From sequence record MT939240.1: a stretch of DNA of 64,000 nt; one strand, given 5' to 3'. Under the pieces are notes generated by a model. The model was given only the letters and a program-made list of their open reading frames with translations. It did no database searches and had not been told where the DNA came from. This document shows positions 18,696 through 27,544 of the stretch, in pieces (position 1 is the stretch's first letter; every line of letters begins with the position of its first letter). The DNA comes from Enterococcus phage 9181. Position numbers and translations under genes: made by a program.

Positions 18696-18943
18696 TGCTA
18701 GCAACAGGTATTTTCATGGGCTTCTTCCCCTCAGCTATCTTCATCATGTGGATGGTGGGGTCAGAAGATGCACGTTGGGATAAATATACAAAGGAATTGA
18801 AAGAAGAGAATCAGAATTTTAAGCAGAACTCTATTAATGTAGCTTCCAAGTACCACGAGTATAAGGAAAGATGCTCAAAATTAGAGATAGAATATGACGT
18901 TTTAAAAGTTAAATACGAAAGGCTTTTGAAGGAGGGCATTTAG
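18689..18943 (+). CDS. hypothetical protein (N-terminal TM helix)
   Basis: 84 aa; overlaps neighbouring genes. Confidence 0.35.
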   Translation: MLMLATGIFMGFFPSAIFIMWMVGSEDARWDKYTKELKEENQNFKQNSINVASKYHEYKERCSKLEIEYDVLKVKYERLLKEGI

Positions 18944-19146
18944 TGAAAGATTTGATGTTATCACTTGTGTTTGGGTTATGGGCGCTGGTAATCGGGGCTG
19001 TCATTGCTTTAGTAGTTGTAGTATTTCAAGTCCTAGCTAATGCCTTTGGTGCTTGGCTATACGCTTTCCCAATCTTTTCCTTGGTGGTAGTAGTGATAGT
19101 GTTTTTCAAACTAAGACGTGAAGTAAAGGAGTTTCGAGGTAAATGA
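18943..19146 (+). CDS. small membrane protein
   Basis: Two TM helices; 67 aa. Confidence 0.4.
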   Translation: MKDLMLSLVFGLWALVIGAVIALVVVVFQVLANAFGAWLYAFPIFSLVVVVIVFFKLRREVKEFRGK

Positions 19147-19658
19147 TGACAAGATATGCTTTTCATATAGGTGACAAGGTTATGCACAGGGTTCATACAG
19201 GAAAGCCTTACTTATTAATGGAGATAGCAGAAGAGATTGACACTAATGATCCACACGAGAGAGTTAGTATAAAGTATTTGACAATGCCCGATAAGATTGT
19301 TTACCTAGAAGTAGCAGATTTAGTGCTTGCTACTGAAAAAGAAGACGGTAGTTACGAAGCTGTTAAAGTAGAACCAGTTGACGAAAGTATTTTTGAGTCT
19401 ATGCCAACAGAAGACTGTTACAAGGTGCCAGTACCTCGTGAAATGGCTCGTTTCTTAGATCAATACAAAGCTCTGGATATTGACTCATTAGACACCATCA
19501 TTGACGCTTGGTTAGAAAGTCCTTATTGGGATGAGTATATGGAAAGCAAGGCTAGTGACCACTTGCGTTGGGACTACTTGTTGGTAGATGCCGTTCGCAA
19601 AGGATATACGATCTCAAAAGTATTTGATAAAGATTATATGGAGGAGTATTATCTATGA
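19143..19658 (+). CDS. hypothetical protein
   Basis: ATGA overlap; 171 aa. Confidence 0.4.
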   Translation: MMTRYAFHIGDKVMHRVHTGKPYLLMEIAEEIDTNDPHERVSIKYLTMPDKIVYLEVADLVLATEKEDGSYEAVKVEPVDESIFESMPTEDCYKVPVPREMARFLDQYKALDIDSLDTIIDAWLESPYWDEYMESKASDHLRWDYLLVDAVRKGYTISKVFDKDYMEEYYL

Positions 19659-20104
19659 GAGAACCTATTTTCAGAGTGTATGTGAACAAGGTGGGGTATT
19701 TAGCCCCTCCCCAATTCCTCATTACACCACGTGGGGACGTTTTGCTCAACAATGGGGACGACACTTGGTCATACCCTCCGCAAGACCTTGCCTACGTACT
19801 TGAACGAAGACTTAGTACAACCAGTGTAAACGGCTCCGAGGTTATCTTTGAAGGAGACCTCGTTAAACTTATTCCTGAGACTTTTGATAGTGTTGAACCA
19901 ACCTTTGGATATGCTGCCATACGAGACGGTAAGGAAGGTATTGTACTTGAGGGAGACATAGACTTTATCGGACTCCATGACAACGGCGCTGATCGCAAGC
20001 TAGAGAAGCTTGGTAAGAATACTACGTGGGGCGAGCCTTACGATATTGAAAAGATTATTAAAGACTTTTATGAAAGAGAGGGTATAGATACCGTTGGGAA
20101 TTAA
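19655..20104 (+). CDS. hypothetical protein
   Basis: ATGA overlap; 149 aa. Confidence 0.4.
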   Translation: MREPIFRVYVNKVGYLAPPQFLITPRGDVLLNNGDDTWSYPPQDLAYVLERRLSTTSVNGSEVIFEGDLVKLIPETFDSVEPTFGYAAIRDGKEGIVLEGDIDFIGLHDNGADRKLEKLGKNTTWGEPYDIEKIIKDFYEREGIDTVGN

Positions 20105-20235
20105 CTTGAAGGACTTTATCAAAGCGGACAACATTAAGCTTAGTCGAGAAGAAGTCAAAGAGTTTTTGCAAAGCTTTCTTGACATTAAGGAAGGCGAAGA
20201 ATGGGCACAGGTAGAGGACTTTCCCTAAATACTTT

Positions 20236-20697
20236 GTGAGCACCTTTGGCAGAGTGCTTTCCTTGAAGACTAGCAATGTTAAATTTATTGGCACGAAGCC
20301 TAATCATACGTTTGGGTATACGGGTATTACACTAATTAGTGCTAATAGTAAAAGGAGAACCACCTTGCACAGAATCGTGGCAGAAACTTTTATCCCAAAG
20401 CCACCAGAGTGGAGAGAAGATTGGCATGTAAATCACATCTCAGGAGACCCTACTAATAATTCAGTTACCAACTTAGAGTGGTGCACTGCAAGTGAAAATT
20501 ATTTACATCCTAACTGTAACCGTAAACGCTCTAAAAAAGTTCGTCGGATAAGCATTGAAGACGGATCGACAGAAATTTTTCTCAATGCCTCTGTAGCGGC
20601 TAGATCAGTTGGTGGTAGGGCTTCAGAGGTTTGGCGAAAGTGTAATAAAGCCTCTAAAAAATTAGATTATATGAATTATTTTTGGGAGTGGGCTTAG
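20236..20697 (+). CDS. HNH homing endonuclease
   Basis: HRIVAETF...WHVNHISGDPTNNSVTNLEWCT HNH motif. Confidence 0.65.
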   Translation: MSTFGRVLSLKTSNVKFIGTKPNHTFGYTGITLISANSKRRTTLHRIVAETFIPKPPEWREDWHVNHISGDPTNNSVTNLEWCTASENYLHPNCNRKRSKKVRRISIEDGSTEIFLNASVAARSVGGRASEVWRKCNKASKKLDYMNYFWEWA

Positions 20698-20754
20698 CGC
20701 CTGCTCCTATTAGCGTTTGCGAAAGATTTTTCTATCTCTTAAATTTCTCGATTA

Positions 20755-20832
20755 TTTTCCTAACCTTCAAGTTTTTAAAAAATTTTCCTAACCTTCAAGT
20801 TTTTAAAAAATTTTCCTAACCTTCAAATTTTC
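20755..20832. repeat. tandem direct repeat, 2.7 copies of the 28 bp unit TTTTCCTAACCTTCAAGTTTTTAAAAAA (iteron-like)
   Basis: Exact 28-bp units at 20755-20782 and 20783-20810, then a degenerate third copy. Confidence 0.85.
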
Positions 20833-21182
20833 GTTTTATTTTTTTTTGACTTTCAAAAATCAAGAAATTTTTTCCTCTTAAGCTAAATTTTATACTTTTT
20901 TTCAATATACTATTTGAAATTCGTGTCATATACGAGCATTCTGGCGCCTTTTCAAAAGTCTTCCCGACCAATTACCCACTTAAAAACCTCAGGCAACGCC
21001 TCTGCCACACCTCGATCCACCACCTTGACCAAAAATGTTACGAATACACGCATCAAAAAGCGTTTAGTTAGTTTGAACGTAACAACTTTATGATCCTTTC
21101 AATAAAAGATATTTAATAAGCATACAGCAAAGCATATTCAGGAGCATATGAAATGCTGATTATGAGCATATGGAAACATGTT

Positions 21183-21317
21183 CCCCAGATTTTTGAAGAA
21201 CTTCACTTAAAATATAACAAAAACATCCCCAGAATTTTGCATACACTCCCCCAGATTTTAAAAGAAAATCACATAAAACATAGTAGTGGTGTGTGCGTGT
21301 GTGCCCCCAGATTTTTT
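21183..21317. repeat. four dispersed copies of a CCCC(C)AGA(A/T)TTTT motif, with a (GT)n tract at 21286-21303
   Basis: Copies at 21183, 21227, 21248 and 21304; the last two extend to about 30 bp of similarity (ccccagatttt..aaaa..cacataaaac). Confidence 0.8.
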
Positions 21318-21697
21318 AAAAAACACACATAAAACGTAATGAAAAACACTTACTTGAAAAGCTATCAAAATAACACTTTTTAAGTCAAAATTAAAGGAAA
21401 AAAATGCCCCTTTCCAGATCAATAAAATAACGAACTTCCTACCGAAAACATTAAAACCTTTAAAAGCGCCCTATTTTGCACACGTAAAAAAGCCTTGAAA
21501 GCCTTGATGTTATTGGGTTTGTGGCTGTTTTTAGTGTCCAATTTGTAAAAGTTTCTACTATTAAAAGCCACAAAAAAGAACGCCAAAAAACTTTTTAGGG
21601 AAAATAAGAGAAAACTCTTGTATTTATTTTCGATATGTATATAATAAAGAGTGTAGAGAACAACAAAACAAAAATAACAGCAAAAAGGGGGTTTTGG

Positions 21698-21784
21698 TAT
21701 GTTTGGCTTTTGGGTATCTATGTTAGTGATGTCTTTGCTAGTTTGTGGCTTTGTCGAGTGGTTAGGCAACGGCGAAAAGAAATA
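21698..21784 (+). CDS. tiny hydrophobic peptide (about 28 aa, MFGFWVSMLVMSLLVCGFVEWLGNGEKK)
   Basis: ATG at 21698 after AAAAGGGGG; a single TM helix. Confidence 0.3.
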
Positions 21785-21928
21785 ACAGAAAGTTGAAAAA
21801 AGTGTTTGACAACCTCGAAAATGTTTGATACACTTAATGAGTATTAAAAAGTAACATCTATTCGGACGAGCTTCAAAATGTTTCACTTATTCTAACTGTT
21901 TCAAAAATACACTTAAGGAGGTTTGCAC

Positions 21929-22036
21929 GTGTTTAATTATCGGAATGAAAAGCAACAAAAAGAGCGTGACTTTTTTACACGTTGGTTCATCATTCTAGGG
22001 GCTTTCATAGGAATTGCGTTGGCTTGGTTCATGTAA
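21929..22036 (+). CDS. tiny hydrophobic peptide (about 35 aa)
   Basis: GTG at 21929 after AAGGAGGT; C-terminal TM helix FIILGAFIGIALAWF. Confidence 0.35.
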   Translation: MFNYRNEKQQKERDFFTRWFIILGAFIGIALAWFM

Positions 22037-22091
22037 AAAGATTTTAAAAAGGACTTGCGAAGCAAGCGCCAAAATGCTATCATGAAAAAGT

Positions 22092-22141
22092 AGTCAAAAG
22101 GTTATAAAAAACTAACTTATAAAAAGGGGTTTTCAAAAATG
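22092..22141 (+). repeat. conserved leader repeat copy A (AGTCAAAAGGTTATAAAAAACTAACTTATAAAAAGGGGTTTTCAAAAATG)
   Basis: About 45 bp, nearly identical to 24774-24821 and, for the 3' 30 bp, to 22532-22564. Confidence 0.85.
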
Positions 22142-22546
22142 AAAATTATTAAAACAGTAGAAAAACTTATTGAACGTGCAGAAAGAAAAGGCGTCGCAAC
22201 TTTAAATAGAAAAGTAAATCAAGGTTACGGCGTTTATTACACTAGTGAAGTTTATCGAGTGGAAAAAGAGGGCAATATTTTCACGCTTTACCACTACGAA
22301 ACAAAAACATGCCAGATTGACACAGCAACAGAGGAAATTTTGTATGTTTATGGTGAAAGCGTAAGCGATGCGGATAGCATTTTTACTTTTTTACATTATT
22401 TCGATATCGTGCTATCGTTTGGCTATAAACCAGTAAACGGTGGGTTTTATGCCAGCGTTAACGGTAAACAAATATTTATAGATGACTTTGACCGATTGGA
22501 AAACTTCACCAAAGCAATTAAAAAAGAAATTAAAACTAACTTATAA
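22139..22546 (+). CDS. hypothetical protein
   Basis: Follows leader repeat A; 135 aa. Confidence 0.5.
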   Translation: MKIIKTVEKLIERAERKGVATLNRKVNQGYGVYYTSEVYRVEKEGNIFTLYHYETKTCQIDTATEEILYVYGESVSDADSIFTFLHYFDIVLSFGYKPVNGGFYASVNGKQIFIDDFDRLENFTKAIKKEIKTNL

Positions 22547-22564
22547 AAAGGAGTTTTCAAAATG
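22532..22564 (+). repeat. conserved leader repeat copy B
   Basis: AAAACTAACTTATAAAAAGGAGTTTTCAAAATG, overlapping the stop of the upstream gene. Confidence 0.85.
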
Positions 22565-23029
22565 AAAAAACTAACAAAAAACGAACAACATCAAAATGCA
22601 ATCGAAGAGGCAACTCAAAGACTTATCAAAAAAGTGAATGATGTTATTAATAGTCTTTCACAAGATGAAAAATTCTATACACTTTTAAATCTATCTCAGC
22701 AAGTTAACTCTTATGATTGTTCACTTGACACCTGTATCGAACCGATTTCATTTATTGATGACTATCTTGCAGAAATGCCTTTTCTGGAAGCATTACAAAA
22801 AATAGACATGGATAATTTTGACCCATTAGATGATTATCTAATCATGACTATCTATGGTATTGAATCGGCGGACGAGGCAAAAGCCTTAGAAGCTCTCGAA
22901 TTAATACAAGATGAAATAGTAGAGGGAACTATTTTAAATTGGGAACATATTTATTATTATGATATCAATGAAAATATAGTTAACCTCATCAACAAATTTT
23001 ATGAACTACTTGAAAGCAAAGAGGGGTAA
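22562..23029 (+). CDS. acidic hypothetical protein
   Basis: 155 aa; N-terminus MKKLT shared with 24819 at the nucleotide level. Confidence 0.5.
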   Translation: MKKLTKNEQHQNAIEEATQRLIKKVNDVINSLSQDEKFYTLLNLSQQVNSYDCSLDTCIEPISFIDDYLAEMPFLEALQKIDMDNFDPLDDYLIMTIYGIESADEAKALEALELIQDEIVEGTILNWEHIYYYDINENIVNLINKFYELLESKEG

Positions 23030-23032
23030 AAT

Positions 23033-23314
23033 TTGGCAACTAACTTCGAATTCATTCATAAGCAACTAGAGAGAAGCTTCCATCCCATCAATGACTTAAA
23101 ACGCTCGCAAGTTTTAATGCGACAAGAAACAAAAAACCTACTAACACAGATCAAGAAAGGGGCTTCCGTCAAAGATTTGGCGGAACCTTTGGAAAAAATG
23201 GTAAAAGACTTTGACCAACTAGCCTCGGACGTTCTTTCCGTGGAATGTTATGTTAGGTCAATAAAAAACCCCATTCAGGAATCACTAGGAAGGAGGGTCA
23301 ACAGTCATGACTAG
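23033..23314 (+). CDS. hypothetical protein
   Basis: 93 aa. Confidence 0.4.
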   Translation: MATNFEFIHKQLERSFHPINDLKRSQVLMRQETKNLLTQIKKGASVKDLAEPLEKMVKDFDQLASDVLSVECYVRSIKNPIQESLGRRVNSHD

Positions 23315-23612
23315 CCTATTAATTGGGGCGCTTGCTTTGGTTGGTTCGTTTACAGTCTATTATTACGCTTTCAAGGTTATATCAAACTTTTTAGACTGGA
23401 TGAATGATTTTAAGTATAAAATAGAAAGGCAATCACAAAAGACAAGGGATAAAATAGCCGTAAAAAAATTCCTTAAGGAAGAAAAAGAAAGAGAGTTACA
23501 AGAGGCAATCTTACGAATGAAAGCCGAAAAACTTAAAAAAGAGAAAATGTTAAGCGACCTAGCTAACGACTTAGAAAACGACGACACAAAAGAAGAGTAC
23601 AAAACTTTTTAA
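23307..23612 (+). CDS. hypothetical protein (N-terminal TM helix plus charged coiled coil)
   Basis: 101 aa. Confidence 0.4.
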   Translation: MTSLLIGALALVGSFTVYYYAFKVISNFLDWMNDFKYKIERQSQKTRDKIAVKKFLKEEKERELQEAILRMKAEKLKKEKMLSDLANDLENDDTKEEYKTF

Positions 23613-23633
23613 TTAAAAAGGAGACTGGAAAAC

Positions 23634-23972
23634 ATGGAAAACAAAAAAGAGTTATTCATAAATAAAGGAGAAAAAAGGACTCAAGTAACTGACGGAAAAA
23701 ATGCCGTATCATTCGAGCGTGTAAATAACGACATTTATGGAAATCCCCTCTACAGGGTGTATCCCGTAACTTATTCATTCAGAAGATTGAAAAGCGTATA
23801 CAGAAATTATGAGAGTAAAGGTTACTACCTTGTTCAATCCTATAACATTCTGGCAGATTGTGCCCGTATTATTGACGAGGTTAACAACCTTGTAACGCTT
23901 CCCGAAAATTGGCGAACTGATTTCGATTACTATAAGGCGCTCGGATACACAAAAACAACGGCATTTATATAA
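23634..23972 (+). CDS. hypothetical protein
   Basis: AAGGAGA RBS; 112 aa. Confidence 0.45.
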   Translation: MENKKELFINKGEKRTQVTDGKNAVSFERVNNDIYGNPLYRVYPVTYSFRRLKSVYRNYESKGYYLVQSYNILADCARIIDEVNNLVTLPENWRTDFDYYKALGYTKTTAFI

Positions 23973-24013
23973 AACGGATAAGAAAAGTTGAAAAATAAAT
24001 TAAAAGGTGGAAA

Positions 24014-24295
24014 ATGAAAATGAAAATGAAAAATAGAGAGTATGAAAAAATTAAAGAATCGTTGGCTGCTTTTGGTGTAGAAAAGATAATAGCATATAAG
24101 ATGCAACTCGAGGAGCTATTTGCTTCAGGTGAAAGCAACATAAAAAACGTAGAGACCCGCTTGATTTTTGAAGTGTATTATGCTTGTGTACCTAAGGAAT
24201 TGCGTAAGGATATTATGGACAATAACGATTATAACGACGCGCATATTAAAACAGCAGTAAAAAAAGCTTTGAAAGAGTTGGGGATTTTAAAATGA
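24014..24295 (+). CDS. hypothetical protein
   Basis: AAAGGTGGA RBS; 93 aa. Confidence 0.4.
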   Translation: MKMKMKNREYEKIKESLAAFGVEKIIAYKMQLEELFASGESNIKNVETRLIFEVYYACVPKELRKDIMDNNDYNDAHIKTAVKKALKELGILK

Positions 24296-24382
24296 ACGTG
24301 AAAGAGTAGGCTACACGAGAACAGGCAAAGGAAAACGGGCACGACCGCCGAAAACAAAACAATCAAAAAGGGGATAATTATC

Positions 24383-24538
24383 ATGCTAAACTTATTCATA
24401 TTTTTATCACTTGTCAAAGGTGCATTCATTCTATTCGCAATCATTTCTGTAATTGCCGTTATTGGAATTTTTGCAATGTCTCAAAAAGCACTAGAAACAA
24501 AAATCAAAGAATTAAAACAATCAGGAGGCAAGTGGTAA
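24383..24538 (+). CDS. tiny membrane peptide (51 aa)
   Basis: ATG after AAAGGGGA; TM helix FILFAIISVIAVIGIFA; ends 24538 and is followed immediately by another small ORF starting at 24540. Confidence 0.35.
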   Translation: MLNLFIFLSLVKGAFILFAIISVIAVIGIFAMSQKALETKIKELKQSGGKW

Positions 24539-24773
24539 AATGAAAAAAGCAAACATTCAAACAAAACTCGAAAAACTTTGGTTAACTTATGTAATACAGC
24601 CCGAAAAGGTTCGTAACGAGCTATCTTTTACGGATTGGGTTTGTGTCGATAAGGATTGGCTAGTGGAAGAAAGAGAAAGACAAGCGAGCGTCAAGGCAAC
24701 CAACTAAAAAAAACTAGAGAGGTTGGCAAGTTATACTTGTAAGCCTCTTTTTAATATGCTAATATAAAGGAGT

Positions 24774-24821
24774 AGTCAAAGAGCTATAAAAACTAACTTA
24801 TAAAAAGGGGTTTTCAAAATG
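24774..24821 (+). repeat. conserved leader repeat copy C
   Basis: AGTCAAAGAGCTATAAAAACTAACTTATAAAAAGGGGTTTTCAAAATG. Confidence 0.85.
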
Positions 24822-25268
24822 AAAAAACTAACAACGCTAATCATTATTACACTGGGAACGGTTCTGGCAACCTTTGCCACACCTCAAGAAACAAAGGCGG
24901 ACACACTAAACGAATACACGGGAACGGCGTTCGCAAAAACTTTTAAAGTTGAAATGAATAAAAAAGAATACTTGCTAGCGATTGGGCAATCTGATTTTTA
25001 TAGCTTCATACCTATGGAAAAAGCGAAGGAATTGGATATAAAAGAAGGACATATCTATAATATGTATTTTATGCGTGATAGTTATGAAGTATTTGCGATA
25101 GTTGACTATTCGGCGCCTCAATTTAAAGAGGGTAAAGACATCAAAGCACTACTTAACAACAATAAGAATTTCACGAAAGAGAATATCAAAGCAACAATCA
25201 AGGCGGAAGAAGATAACGCTATTCAGTGGGACTTAGGTATTACAATGGACAAGATAGCAAGCTTATAA
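24819..25268 (+). CDS. secreted protein with Sec signal peptide
   Basis: MKKLTTLIIITLGTVLATFATPQETKA|DT signal peptide; 149 aa; follows leader repeat C. Confidence 0.5.
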   Translation: MKKLTTLIIITLGTVLATFATPQETKADTLNEYTGTAFAKTFKVEMNKKEYLLAIGQSDFYSFIPMEKAKELDIKEGHIYNMYFMRDSYEVFAIVDYSAPQFKEGKDIKALLNNNKNFTKENIKATIKAEEDNAIQWDLGITMDKIASL

Positions 25269-25289
25269 AAGAGCTAACAAAGATTTAAC

Positions 25290-25318
25290 GAGGGGCGTTT
25301 GATACGCCTCTTTTTTAT
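25290..25318 (+). terminator. intrinsic terminator (gaggcg-tttgatac-gcctc plus T6)
   Basis: Read directly from the sequence. Confidence 0.6.
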
Positions 25319-26539
25319 GCCCTTAAATACTACTAACTAACGAAGCATATGAGAACATTAAGCGACCAACGGACAAGCGACGGAATAAACAGGCGCTTAT
25401 AATGCTCGTGTGTGCAATGATCTAATAAGGATACGGGAAGGCGTGTGTACTCCTTTAATAAGAGGCGTTTAAAATCCTTATAATATAGTTATGGGATAAG
25501 CTTGTGGGTTATGTAATGGATACACCTTTGACACACCCCCCCACTGATTGGCTGCCAGCAAGAAGCCCCTCACGGTAACCCTATATAATACTATATTAAA
25601 AGCCTCGCAGAACGTACGAGAAGCCTCTCTAATGTAATAGGTAAGTATATCATAATACTATTAAAAAGGTGGCAAAGTGTCTCTTTTGTAATAGTTAAAG
25701 GTAGCCCCATTTATTAGGCGTTAAGATAATCATCTGGCAATCATTTTCGGGAGGGGGCTATTTTATGCACGGGGCTTTTTGTGGTGGGCATTAGATTGGT
25801 GGGGCATAGCTTTGTCGGGGGCTTCTTATTGTGGTGGTTAAATAGTTTGCAAAGGTTTGGCTTTCCTTTGACGATACTGTTGTGATCCTTTTGAAATGGT
25901 AGTGGACTACGGACTCACACACCTAAAACACAATAGGGGTCGGGAGGTGTGGCAAAGGATCGGACACCCTACTAATCTCCCTACCATATTAATGGGATAA
26001 TCGAGGCATGACCACGCCACACACAACGCCCCATTCATGCCCTCTATAGTAAGGTGTATATGATGGGCTTCTCTTAGTTTACATAATGTACATTATACAA
26101 AGTAGTTTAATATATTAAGATAGCCTTGCCACGGCATGCATAGGGTAGCACCACACCACCACACACACGACCACGACAAGGCATGACCATCACTTCATAA
26201 TAACAACAGCACACACACCGCCCGTCACACCACCACACACCACGAGCCACGCACACAGGTGAATGACCATAGCATAACAGAACGGCAGGCACCCCGAAGG
26301 GAGGGGGTAACTTAAAATTTTTGACGCGAGCCCGTGGACACTCAGTCTCTTGGAAATTTCGGATTTTCCCAAAAGGGGTCGTCAATTTTATTTTTTCTGG
26401 ATTTCCTAAAGGGGCTCCGAAGCCTTTGCAATACCCTTACACACGAGGCGTTCACACAAGCTTTACACCTGATCCCACACTAGGCTTCACACACAAGTAA
26501 TACACACACGGAGTGAAGAAAAGGTTACACATGAGCAAT

Positions 26540-26653
26540 GCTAAACGCCGCTCTTATTATCATTCTGATGATACTTTCTAAGTGATCTTGTTGCCAACCA
26601 TCTTCCGATAAACGCCCCAATAGTTACCCACACCACTATCGTAAATACTCTCA
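26540..26653 (-). CDS. tiny hydrophobic peptide (37 aa)
   Basis: GTG start after ATAGGAGGAG on the minus strand; sequence RVFTIVVWVTIGAFIGRWL. Confidence 0.3.
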
Positions 26654-26843
26654 CAGCAAACTCCTCCTATATAAATCTAATAGCTTCTTTTACAGGCTCT
26701 GCGAACGGCAAGAACCTTGGGTCAATGTCTTCAATTTCCTTCTTAGTTAACTGGTAACCAGACTTACACCAGTAGCGTAGCTCTTCACTAGGAACCATCT
26801 TATAGTCATTTCGATCAGTGTTTACTTTAACGAGATACTGTCC

Positions 26844-27206
26844 TCAGATAATGACTTCGAAACGCTTCTCTCGATCCACTTCATAACCAACCTCCAAGGC
26901 TTTGAAAAAGGTCTTGACATTATGGTTTGATCCAAGCCATTCAGCTAGGTCTTCATCACAATCCTTGTTGTTGATAGCCTGCTCTATGCTAAAGGTGAAT
27001 CTACTAATAGATTTTTCCATCCGCTTGATAAACTCACCCACATATGGTGGCACTACTGGTTTCTCGAATGGGGCACCATCAATCTGTTCTACAACACACA
27101 AAGCATCCTCATAGGCAGCTTTCCTAGAAACGCTCTCTATATCATCCCATTCCTGTAAGTATCCAATAACGTTTTTTAACTGTCTGACTGCTTCTTGTTT
27201 GTCCAT
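26844..27206 (-). CDS. hypothetical protein, PVVP-EW family paralog
   Basis: Promoter and RBS upstream; shares the KPVVPPYVGEF motif with 31399..31830 and 32848..33402. Confidence 0.5.
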   Translation of the reverse strand: MDKQEAVRQLKNVIGYLQEWDDIESVSRKAAYEDALCVVEQIDGAPFEKPVVPPYVGEFIKRMEKSISRFTFSIEQAINNKDCDEDLAEWLGSNHNVKTFFKALEVGYEVDREKRFEVII

Positions 27207-27235
27207 CTAATTCCCCCTAATACTTTATACTCCTT

Positions 27236-27265
27236 ATTATACAGTATCAAAAGGGTTTCTGTCAA
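27236..27265 (-). promoter_or_regulatory. sigma-A-type promoter (minus strand: TTGACA, 18-nt spacer, TATAAT)
   Basis: Reverse complement: cttgacagaaacccttttgatactgtataat. Confidence 0.55.
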
Positions 27266-27298
27266 GCACAAAAAAGACACCCTTAAGGTGCCTCTTGG

Positions 27299-27544
27299 TT
27301 AGTCTAGTCCATGGTAATACTGTATTTCCTGTTGCTTGCCAATGATCACATAAAGGATATTACTGTTTGTAGTCGGCGTGATAACAGTCCCTCGATTGGA
27401 GAATTGTACAATACGGCTTTTAAACTGATTTGATACTTGGTCTGATGCCGTAGCTCCGTACAAGCTTTCCTTAACATAATAAGATAGCTTTTCCCCATCC
27501 TTGAAGACAATGGTTACCTCTCTGCACTTGTCACTTCTGCTCAT
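27299..27544 (-). CDS. hypothetical protein
   Basis: 81 aa; ATGA overlap with the upstream gene. Confidence 0.4.
   Translation of the reverse strand: MSRSDKCREVTIVFKDGEKLSYYVKESLYGATASDQVSNQFKSRIVQFSNRGTVITPTTNSNILYVIIGKQQEIQYYHGLD

Noticed and set aside
20755-21320. Possible CRISPR array, because of the short direct repeats
   Set aside because: The 28-bp units are directly tandem with no spacers. The CCCCAGATTTT boxes are irregularly spaced (42, 21 and 56 bp) and not flanked by unique spacer-like segments of constant length. No cas genes are present.
21419-21886. 155-aa minus-strand ORF across the AT-rich repeat island
   Set aside because: Low-complexity Phe/Leu/Lys-rich translation of AT-rich DNA. 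No RBS. It spans the iteron-like repeats. Judged spurious.
26107-26385. 92-aa Cys-rich minus-strand ORF (and nested 26190..26372) inside the GT/CA-rich island
   Set aside because: No RBS. The composition is driven by the CA/GT repeats (poly-Cys/Val/Gly) and it overlaps another spurious ORF. It is most likely non-coding.
25300-26545. tRNA genes or a tmRNA in the large noncoding island
   Set aside because: No GGTTCGA/GTTCAAATC-type T-arm boxes, no cloverleaf-compatible acceptor stems and no D-loop AGCTCAGTTGG-like motifs were found by eye. A covariance search (tRNAscan-SE or Infernal) would settle it.
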